DNA from: Spirochaetia bacterium
GTDB lineage: Bacteria > Spirochaetota > Spirochaetia > UBA9216
Assembly: GCA_963675665.1 (NCBI GenBank)
Contig: OY776510.1
Location: 2,976,001 to 3,040,000 of the forward strand
Reading direction: 5' to 3'
Length of the DNA: 64,000 nucleotides
The notes beneath the pieces are model-generated. The model saw nothing but the letters and a program-made list of their open reading frames with translations, had not been told where the DNA came from and searched no databases. The position numbers and the translations under genes were made by a program. How positions within the stretch are numbered: the first letter of the stretch is position 1; each line of letters starts with the position of its first letter. Positions 30,837 through 38,979 of this stretch are shown here, piece by piece.

Positions 30837-32069
30837 ATGGATAATCCTTTACAACTCTCTCTGCAGACATTCCGAAAGGGCTCTTATATCATTGTCGAGG
30901 GCAAACAGAAGGCTGATTATTTCTACATCATAAGAAACGGTAAAGTCCGAATCAGCAAGGAAGTTGAGATTGTTGAAGAAGTAGGCGGTAATGTCCTCTC
31001 GCCGGGAGATTTTTTCGGCGTTGTTTCTACAATGTCTTCGCACAGTCACATTGAAACTGCACAGGCGTTAACCGACTGCGCGCTTATCACTGTTCATCGT
31101 GAACAGTACGGCCTGCTTATCGAAAGAAATGCTCCTGTAGCAATGAAAATAATACAGCAGTTTTCCCAGAAGATGAGATTTCTTGATGAAGCGTTAACAC
31201 GCATCACTTTTAAAACAATTGCTGAAGACGATATATCGCACCTTTTCAAGGTCGCAGAGTACTACGCAAGGCAGAGTCAGTATAATCAGGCCTATTATGC
31301 ATACCATCAGTATATCAAATACAGTCCGGGCGGTGATAATATAAATACCGCAAAGGAGCGGATGGCCAAGATTAAACCCTACGCAAAAGTTGTATATCTG
31401 GACGGAGACGAGCAGAACTTCACCAGGACCTACCCGAAAGACACAATGATTTTCAGCGAAAGTCAGCCCGGGCAGGAATTGTATATTATACAGAAAGGCA
31501 GCGTGAAAATTACCAAGATAGTAAATGACAATGAACAGTTGCTTGCCCTGCTGAAACCGGGCGATATATTCGGTGAAATGTCGCTGCTTGAAAACAAACC
31601 GAGATCAGCCTCTGCTATTGCGCATGATGAAACAGTGCTTATGGCTGTAAATAATGCAAACTTTAACAGGATGGTAGCTTCACAGCCGCAGATTATTTCA
31701 AAACTTACCCAGCTTCTGTCGGAAAGGATATGGTTTATCTACAAACAGCTTGCAAATACGCAGTTGAGTGATTCTCTCGGCCGTATGTACGACGCTTTAC
31801 TGATTCAGCTTGAAAAGCTCCGGGTACCGATGGGCAGCCAGCCTTATACATTTGATTTCGGTCCGCAGGAACTGATCAACCTTGTCGGGCTTCCCAAAGA
31901 TGAGGGCAACGTCCTGATAAGAAAAATGTTTGAAAACAGCAAGGTTAAAGTTCTGAATAATAAAATACACCTGACCAATACTGAAGAGGTTGAAAAACAG
32001 GCCAAATATTACAGAAAGATGGAAAGAATAGATAAATCGAGAAAAAAAGGTTCAATATCCAATTTTTAA
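30837..32069 (+). CDS. Crp/Fnr-like protein with two cNMP-binding domains and a central TPR
   Basis: PGDFFG and PGDIFGEMSLLENKPRSASA; TPR-like AEYYARQSQYNQAYYAY..YIKYSP. Confidence 0.85.
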   Translation: MDNPLQLSLQTFRKGSYIIVEGKQKADYFYIIRNGKVRISKEVEIVEEVGGNVLSPGDFFGVVSTMSSHSHIETAQALTDCALITVHREQYGLLIERNAPVAMKIIQQFSQKMRFLDEALTRITFKTIAEDDISHLFKVAEYYARQSQYNQAYYAYHQYIKYSPGGDNINTAKERMAKIKPYAKVVYLDGDEQNFTRTYPKDTMIFSESQPGQELYIIQKGSVKITKIVNDNEQLLALLKPGDIFGEMSLLENKPRSASAIAHDETVLMAVNNANFNRMVASQPQIISKLTQLLSERIWFIYKQLANTQLSDSLGRMYDALLIQLEKLRVPMGSQPYTFDFGPQELINLVGLPKDEGNVLIRKMFENSKVKVLNNKIHLTNTEEVEKQAKYYRKMERIDKSRKKGSISNF

Positions 32070-32821
32070 TTCGAAATCTTGAGTTTTAATATATCCGGAA
32101 AAAAACAGCTGCCTCCACATGAAATACTGTCGCCGAGAAGAGATCTTCGTATTGTTACGATCTGCTGAAAACTCCCGGTTTTCGCCAGAATGAAAGTTAT
32201 GCTGCCTTTAATGGAAAGACGTTCCGTTACACGCTCTGAAATTTCAGATACGGCTCCGTGAATAAATATCCGGTCAAAGCCGAAAATTTCTTCGAAAGAA
32301 TTGATATCCCGGGTATCGGATATCGTAATATTATTAAAACCGTATTCAGCGAAAATACCCCTGTATTTATCCGCTGCAGCAGTTTCTTCTATCAGGTAAA
32401 CTTTGGCTGTCAGTCTTGAAAGAACTGCGGCCGCATAGCCGGCATTATTACCGGCTACAAGAACGGTATCTGTAGATGTCGGTGAAATGTATTCAACAGA
32501 CGTAAGGATGTCAGACGGCGAGGGGATACTTCCGCCGTCAAATCCGGGAAGAGAAATGTTTTCATAGGCTATTCCGCCATATGATGAGTCCAGAAAAACA
32601 TGGCGGGGAACCTTTTTCAGTGAATCTATTATCGAAGAACTTATTCCCCTGTGTGAATCGGAAAGTTCGGCCGCAAGTATAGAGTTTTTCTCTTTCCAGT
32701 CCGGTACTGTATTGGCGGCGTTCTGGGCTGAAAGATAATTACAAATCAAAGAGAAGAAAAATAAAGAAAAAATGAAAAAGCGCGAAATTCCGGATCTGAA
32801 AATCATAAAAAATTTTATCAT
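32066..32821 (-). CDS. Protein-L-isoaspartate O-methyltransferase-like protein with signal peptide
   Basis: KVPRHVFL...AYEN, GYAAAVLS.L..KVY.IE, FDRIFIHGA; SAM motif I altered. Confidence 0.7.
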   Translation of the reverse strand: MIKFFMIFRSGISRFFIFSLFFFSLICNYLSAQNAANTVPDWKEKNSILAAELSDSHRGISSSIIDSLKKVPRHVFLDSSYGGIAYENISLPGFDGGSIPSPSDILTSVEYISPTSTDTVLVAGNNAGYAAAVLSRLTAKVYLIEETAAADKYRGIFAEYGFNNITISDTRDINSFEEIFGFDRIFIHGAVSEISERVTERLSIKGSITFILAKTGSFQQIVTIRRSLLGDSISCGGSCFFPDILKLKISN

Positions 32822-32882
32822 ATAAAAACGATATTGGCTACATCATTGATGCAATGAATCTAATCTGTTAATATCCAGAGGT

Positions 32883-33029
32883 AATTTCAAAAGTCAGTGA
32901 CTTTTGAAATTCCGACTTTGGATGTAAATGGAGTATTTTTACAATTTGTTATATTGTATATATTTAGAGAATTAATAATAAAAATACTCCAAAGCCTCTT
33001 TCGAAACTAACCGAGTTTTGAAAGAGGCT
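32883..33029. repeat. Three tandem inverted repeats upstream of valS
   Basis: 14-bp perfect IR (32883-32911), 13-bp IR (32929-32941 / 32979-32991), 16-bp IR with one G-T pair (32993-33029). Confidence 0.8.
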
Positions 33030-33062
33030 CTCCAAGTCTGAAATAATTTGCGGAGAGAATAG

Positions 33063-35705
33063 ATGAGTTCCAGCGACATGCCCAAGGCGTACAACCCGAA
33101 AGATTTTGAAGACAGAATATACAAGTACTGGATGGATAACGGATGTTTTAAACCGAAAGAAGAAGGTAAGGATCCGTTTGTTATAGTCATACCTCCGCCG
33201 AATGTTACCGGAGTTCTGCATATGGGTCACGGTTTGAATAATATCCTTCAGGATGTTCTTATCCGTTACCATAGAATGAACGGTCGGCCTGCTTTATGGG
33301 TTCCGGGTACCGATCACGCAGGAATAGCAACCCAGAACATCGTTGAAAAGAAACTGCGTGCAAAGGGTATTGAACGTCATGAGCTGGGCCGTGAGAAATT
33401 TGTTGAAGAAACATGGAAGGTAAAAGAAGAACATCATGCAATTATAAAGAAACAGCTTCAGAAAATAGGATCTTCATGCGACTGGAGCAGGGAACGTTTT
33501 ACCCTTGATGAAGGCTGTTCAAAGGCTGTACGTGAGGTTTTTGTAGGTTTGTATGAGAGAGGACTCGTTTATAAGGGTAATTACCTCGTTAACTGGTGTC
33601 CGTCCTGCGGAACAGCGCTGGCAGACGACGAAGTTGAACACCAGGAAATAGATGGTAAAATGTATCATTACTATTATCCTTTTGAAGACGGCAGCGGTAA
33701 AATCGAAATTGCTACAACCAGGCCCGAAACAATGCTGGGCGATACGGCCGTTGCCGTTAACCCGGAAGACGAACGCTACAGCGGGTTAATAGGAAGAAAG
33801 GTCAGGCTGCCTCTGACCGACAGAATAATTCCAATAATCGGCGATTCATATGTCTCGATGGAATTCGGTACCGGGGCTGTAAAAATTACTCCGGCACACG
33901 ATCCCAATGACTGGGACATCGGAAACAGGCATAACCTGGAGAAAATAAACATTCTGAATGATAATGCTACACTTAACGATAATGTTCCGGAAAAATACCG
34001 AGGGCTCAGGGTTAAGGACGCACGGAAAGCGGTAATAGAGGACCTCAAGGCTGAAGGTTTATATATAAAGGATGTTGAGCATTCTCACCAGGTTGGACAT
34101 TGCTACAGGTGTAATACTGTTGTTGAACCTTACCTTTCAAAACAGTGGTTTGTATCCATGAAGGGAATGGCTGAAAAAGCCTTAAATGCATGGGAAAAGG
34201 AAGAACTGATTTTCTATCCGCGAAAATGGGAAAATACTTATAAACACTGGATGAATACAATACGGGACTGGTGTATATCGCGTCAGCTGTGGTGGGGGCA
34301 TCGAATTCCTGTATGGTACTGCGACGACTGCGGCGAGATGATTGTTGCAAGAGAAGCGCCGGAAGTATGCACCAAATGCGGAAGCAGTTCGTTAACACAG
34401 GACAACGATGTTCTGGATACCTGGTTTTCATCCTGGCTGTGGCCGTTCTCGACGCTTGGCTGGCCCGGAAAAACAGATGATCTGAAGCGGTTTTTCCCGA
34501 CATCTACCCTCGTTACAGGTTATGATATTATTTTCTTCTGGGTATCAAGAATGATTATGGCTTCGCTTGAGTTTATGGAAGAGGTACCGTTCAAGGATAT
34601 TTATATCACAGGTCTTGTCCGCGACAAGCAGGGCAGAAAGATGTCAAAGTCTTTGGGGAACGGTCTTGACCCTCTTGAAATAGTTGATGAATACGGCGCC
34701 GACGCATTAAAGTTTACAATGACCTTTTTGTCTGCCCAGGGTCAGGATATTTTGATAGATACCGAATCTTTCAAGCTGGGTTCGAAATTCGCCAACAAGG
34801 TCTGGAATGCTTCACGCTATATAATGATGAATGTTGAAGGCCGCAACATAATTCCTTTCGAAAAAATTGAACTTAAGGAAATTGATAAGTGGATTCTGCA
34901 CAGGCTTAATGAAAGTATAAAATCTGCGGAGAGTGCAATTGAGGTTTACAGGTTCAACGACTTTGCACAGGCCGGGTATGAGTTTTTCTGGAATGATTTC
35001 TGCGACTGGTATATAGAAGCGTCGAAGATTTCACTCTACAGCAGCGATGAAAAGGAAAAGGATCGTGCCATATCGATGCTTGTATATGTGCTTGAACAGG
35101 CTTTGAAGTTTCTTCATCCGTATCTTTCATTTATTACCGAAGAAATATACCAGAAACTGCCGCAAACCGAAGGCTCGCTTATTACGGCGGAATATCCGAA
35201 AAGTTGCGGGCAGAATAATTACCCGGAAACTGACGAGAGTTTCACTTTACTGCAGGATTTAATCAGGGGAATACGAACGCTCAGATCGGAGTTTACAATA
35301 CCCCCCGAGAAAAAAATACCTGTAACCGTATTTATGGAAAGTAGTTTCAAGGCTGAAAAATTCTTCATTTCTCATAAATCCCTGATAGCTCAGCTTGTAA
35401 ATACTGATAACCTGGTCCTGACGACCGAAAAACCGTCTATTGACGGAAGCGTTGCATCGGCAGGCACCGGTTTTGAGGCTTACGTCTTTATCCGTGATGT
35501 AATTGATATTGAAAAAGAGGTTGCAAAACTGAGGAAAGAGCAGCAGAAGATGGCTCAAATGATAAAGCAAACCGAAGGGAAACTTAAAAACGGGAAATTT
35601 CTCTCAAATGCTCCTGATGACGTGATAGAAAAGGAAAAGAGCAAGCTTGCTGAATTTACGGAAAGGGCGGAGAAGGTCAGTTTCTATATAAACGAACTAG
35701 GTTAA
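33063..35705 (+). CDS. valS: Valine--tRNA ligase
   Basis: PPPNVTGVLHMGH, DWCISRQLWWGH, KMSKS, C-terminal coiled coil. Confidence 0.97.
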   Translation: MSSSDMPKAYNPKDFEDRIYKYWMDNGCFKPKEEGKDPFVIVIPPPNVTGVLHMGHGLNNILQDVLIRYHRMNGRPALWVPGTDHAGIATQNIVEKKLRAKGIERHELGREKFVEETWKVKEEHHAIIKKQLQKIGSSCDWSRERFTLDEGCSKAVREVFVGLYERGLVYKGNYLVNWCPSCGTALADDEVEHQEIDGKMYHYYYPFEDGSGKIEIATTRPETMLGDTAVAVNPEDERYSGLIGRKVRLPLTDRIIPIIGDSYVSMEFGTGAVKITPAHDPNDWDIGNRHNLEKINILNDNATLNDNVPEKYRGLRVKDARKAVIEDLKAEGLYIKDVEHSHQVGHCYRCNTVVEPYLSKQWFVSMKGMAEKALNAWEKEELIFYPRKWENTYKHWMNTIRDWCISRQLWWGHRIPVWYCDDCGEMIVAREAPEVCTKCGSSSLTQDNDVLDTWFSSWLWPFSTLGWPGKTDDLKRFFPTSTLVTGYDIIFFWVSRMIMASLEFMEEVPFKDIYITGLVRDKQGRKMSKSLGNGLDPLEIVDEYGADALKFTMTFLSAQGQDILIDTESFKLGSKFANKVWNASRYIMMNVEGRNIIPFEKIELKEIDKWILHRLNESIKSAESAIEVYRFNDFAQAGYEFFWNDFCDWYIEASKISLYSSDEKEKDRAISMLVYVLEQALKFLHPYLSFITEEIYQKLPQTEGSLITAEYPKSCGQNNYPETDESFTLLQDLIRGIRTLRSEFTIPPEKKIPVTVFMESSFKAEKFFISHKSLIAQLVNTDNLVLTTEKPSIDGSVASAGTGFEAYVFIRDVIDIEKEVAKLRKEQQKMAQMIKQTEGKLKNGKFLSNAPDDVIEKEKSKLAEFTERAEKVSFYINELG

Positions 35706-36211
35706 TCCTGAACCTCGGTAACAAGCGCATCGAAGAGGGTCATCATATCTGCATTGGTTTTACGCAGGCGGCCGGCAATAATCTTGGCAATTGCCCTTGT
35801 AACAGGCAACCCTATATGCGGATCTGAATCTCCAAGATTTAAAAAGTCCGCTTTGCCTATAACAAGCGCTATTGAATCTTCTGTAGCCATGACGGTAGCG
35901 GAACGTTTGTCGTTATCTATCAGAGCCATTTCACCTATGAAGATATTGTATTCGGCCTTGAGGCTTGTCACAACGTAGTCGTCCCCGGCCATTGTTTTTT
36001 TCAGAATATCTACAGCGCCCTCCATAAGAATGAAAAGCTCGTCGCCCATTTCCCCTTCGGTGATAATGTTCTCTCCCTGGTGAAATTTACGTAAGGAACA
36101 AATATCGAGAACTCTTCTCATGGCGTCTTCATTGTCCTTGATAGTTTCAAAAAGAGCTATTTGTTTCAGTTTTTCAGCATGTTCGGCAATGACTTTGTTA
36201 AAGAGTCCCAT
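35702..36211 (-). CDS. Stand-alone cyclic-nucleotide-binding domain protein
   Basis: EGEMGDELFIL.EG.V, IGEMALIDNDKRSATV; no HTH. Confidence 0.88.
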   Translation of the reverse strand: MGLFNKVIAEHAEKLKQIALFETIKDNEDAMRRVLDICSLRKFHQGENIITEGEMGDELFILMEGAVDILKKTMAGDDYVVTSLKAEYNIFIGEMALIDNDKRSATVMATEDSIALVIGKADFLNLGDSDPHIGLPVTRAIAKIIAGRLRKTNADMMTLFDALVTEVQD

Positions 36212-36220
36212 TTCTTCCTC

Positions 36221-37435
36221 CTACACCGCTTCTTCTTCAGTTTCTTTTTGTAAGCTGATAAAGCGTTCAATTACAATAGCTCTGGAGTGTTTCTGAATTA
36301 TATAATCGTCCGAAGGGATGAAAACAGGTTTATTTATCGAAAGCTCCTTAACAAGCTGCAGATTTGTAACAAGTTTTGAGATGTCCGGTGTTTTTTGGGC
36401 TTCGCGGACGGCTTCCATTTTTACCTTGTTCGGAGAACCCGTATTCTCCAGTATCCCGATAAGGATTCTTGAATTATCAGCCGTCATGCTTATTTTCAGG
36501 CTTCCGAAATCGGTTCCGATATATTGGTCCGGTATTGCGATTGTATTAATATGGGTATCCGACTCAAGATTGGAAACAAGGTCGTTAAGAATATTCGCCA
36601 GACCGTTGGTTATAGTGGTTCCGGCCAGCATCTGACGGTTAAGATCACGAGGGAAAAGGATTTCATCGCACATCGCGTTTCTGAGATATGATTCATATTT
36701 CTTGTCTATCAGTTCGGCACAAACATAAAGATCTCTTGCCATTGCTTTTATTGTAATGACTGTCATAACAGTTTTGGAGTCGGCTTCAGATGAGCCTGAG
36801 CTTTCAAAAGTGTCGGCAAGAACAATGGCCTTGACTGCATCACGGATATTCGCCCTGTTCAGGGTATCTTCGGAAAAATAATCACCCCTTATATACTTGA
36901 CCTTTTTCAGTTCCGGCAGCTCTTTTAATGCTTCAATTTTTTCAGAGTCAATATTGGAAACTATTACAATTTTGTCGGCAGTTATTTTTTCGGACAGCTG
37001 GAGAATATCTCTGACGATATCGCTCATATTGTTTTTCCAGCCGCATATTACAATATGTTCACTTAATTTTGGAAAATCCATTAAACCTCTCCTTGCACGG
37101 GTATTGCTCTCTACAAAGACGGATGCAAAAGTACCTGACAGTAAACTGACAAGCGCCATACTGCCGAAAATGGCGACTATCGTGATAGTCTGACCCGGCA
37201 CTGTGACGGGCGATTTGTCGCCGTACCCTACGGTGCTGAAAGTAATAACCGCCCACCATATTCCGTCAAAATATGACTGGAACTGATCGTTCTTTCCCAA
37301 TTCAAGCAGAGTAATGACACCGCCGGTACCTCCGAACAGAAGAACGCCGAAAATGGCAAGCCGGTAAAACGGCGATTCTGTAAAGATGTCTATAACCTGT
37401 TTTATCTTCTTTTTGAAGTTTTTATGTCTTTTCAT
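36221..37435 (-). CDS. 2-TM potassium channel with RCK (TrkA_N) domain
   Basis: WWAVITFSTVGYGD selectivity filter; HIVICGW Rossmann start; RANIRDA; ATG at 37435 (track start 37450). Confidence 0.9.
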   Translation of the reverse strand: MKRHKNFKKKIKQVIDIFTESPFYRLAIFGVLLFGGTGGVITLLELGKNDQFQSYFDGIWWAVITFSTVGYGDKSPVTVPGQTITIVAIFGSMALVSLLSGTFASVFVESNTRARRGLMDFPKLSEHIVICGWKNNMSDIVRDILQLSEKITADKIVIVSNIDSEKIEALKELPELKKVKYIRGDYFSEDTLNRANIRDAVKAIVLADTFESSGSSEADSKTVMTVITIKAMARDLYVCAELIDKKYESYLRNAMCDEILFPRDLNRQMLAGTTITNGLANILNDLVSNLESDTHINTIAIPDQYIGTDFGSLKISMTADNSRILIGILENTGSPNKVKMEAVREAQKTPDISKLVTNLQLVKELSINKPVFIPSDDYIIQKHSRAIVIERFISLQKETEEEAV

Positions 37436-37559
37436 CCCTATATATAACATCGATCTTTATGGTCATATTCTTGACAGAAGAGTATTTATAAACAAAACAA
37501 TTAATAAAAATTTAAAATATGGATTGGCTAAAATAATGAGTATGGTTATAATCCTTTCC

Positions 37560-38834
37560 ATGACAAAAGCGAATATAAAATCTTTTTTAATAATAATTTT
37601 GATAAATATTCTTATCATGGTATCGTGTGTTCTCCCGAAAGATGGCGATGATGATGGTAAAGAAAATCCTTCCGGAAATACACACAGTTTAACTGTTACG
37701 CTGAACCAGGCTGACCAGATTATAGATGTGGGAGAAAGCTGTATGATTACAGCTGCGGCTGAAGATTCTGAAAATCATGATGTTACGTTTACATGGTCGG
37801 TAAACGGAGAAGTAACAGGCGCGAAAACCTCATCTGTTGAATTCTCTTCGGAAGAAGAAGGATCCTACAATATAAGTGTTACGGTAGAATGTGAAAAAGC
37901 CTCTGCTTCTGCCGATGTAACTATTACAGTAGAGCAGATTCTTGAATTCAGCAAAACCGCCGCCTGGATAGCCGGCACGGATATTGAAAACGCGACATAT
38001 GAGGCTGTATCAGTCAGCGGGTCAACCATTCTGCTGGGAACACAGTTTAAAGGGGTTGTTTACAGTACCGACGGCGGCAGCAGCTGGAACGTGTTAAACA
38101 ATGCAACCGACGGTCTGAGCAATGATCAGGTTAACTGTACAGCTGTTAATCCTGCTGCAACAGATACATGGTATTTCGGTACTTTTAACGGACTTTCAAT
38201 TTATGATAGTACAACGCCTGTTATGAGCTTATATGAAGCAGGCGTAAAAATATACGATATAAGGATTAGCGGCGGGAAAATATACCTGGCAACCGACAGC
38301 GGTATTGCCGTATCGGATACAGCTTCTATAAGCTTCACATACTATAACAGCTCAAACGGCCTGCCTGCAGACAGCATCAATAAAATACATCTCGACGGTT
38401 CAGCGATATACGCCGCGACCGACTCGGGTTTCGCGTATGCGGATGTCGGCAATTTAACAAACTGGACAACAAAGAATGATACAGATTATTCAGGGAATGT
38501 TGCAGTTCAGGCGGTTTATGCCGACGGCTCAAATATTACGGCGTGGCATGACCCTGATATATCCGTGAGCAGCGATTCGGGCGCGAACTGGAGTACTTTT
38601 CTTTCCGGCGTCGGAGGAGCGCTGACCGGGTATGTGATCCATGACGGAAGACTTTATTCGGTAAGGTACGGGGCGCATCTGTTTGTATCGGACGACAACG
38701 GGTTAAATTGGAATGAACTAACGCTCCCGGACGCTCCGTACTGGTTCGGCTACAACAGTAACGGAGTTTTTTCCGACGGGAGTGAGCTTTATATTGTTCA
38801 TAACGGCGGTCTGTTGACAGGCACTGTAGACTGA
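37560..38834 (+). CDS. Lipoprotein with Ig/PKD-like domain and Asp-box beta-propeller
   Basis: ATG at 37560, IMVSC lipobox; FTWSVNG; Asp-boxes STDGGSSW, SSDSGANW, SDDNGLNW. Confidence 0.75.
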   Translation: MTKANIKSFLIIILINILIMVSCVLPKDGDDDGKENPSGNTHSLTVTLNQADQIIDVGESCMITAAAEDSENHDVTFTWSVNGEVTGAKTSSVEFSSEEEGSYNISVTVECEKASASADVTITVEQILEFSKTAAWIAGTDIENATYEAVSVSGSTILLGTQFKGVVYSTDGGSSWNVLNNATDGLSNDQVNCTAVNPAATDTWYFGTFNGLSIYDSTTPVMSLYEAGVKIYDIRISGGKIYLATDSGIAVSDTASISFTYYNSSNGLPADSINKIHLDGSAIYAATDSGFAYADVGNLTNWTTKNDTDYSGNVAVQAVYADGSNITAWHDPDISVSSDSGANWSTFLSGVGGALTGYVIHDGRLYSVRYGAHLFVSDDNGLNWNELTLPDAPYWFGYNSNGVFSDGSELYIVHNGGLLTGTVD

Positions 38835-38853
38835 AACCGGTAAAACGCCATAC

Positions 38854-38882
38854 TTGACCACAGGTTTAAATTTCCCTAGAAT
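38854..38882 (+). promoter_or_regulatory. Sigma70-type promoter of ileS
   Basis: TTGACC-N17-TAGAAT. Confidence 0.6.
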
Positions 38883-38979
38883 ATCAGGTCTGAAATCCTT
38901 TATTATAAAGATAAATTCAGGAAAAAGATAAAATATTTCACCCGGAAAAATGGCGGGATTATGAATAGTGGAGGAAATT

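Noticed and set aside
37386-37559. N-terminal extension of the 482-aa ORF
   Set aside because: It overlaps the divergent K+ channel start; the lipoprotein signal fits ATG 37560
38883-38979. T-box riboswitch upstream of ileS (and of the other synthetases)
   Set aside because: Leaders are too short or lack the T-box consensus and terminator/antiterminator
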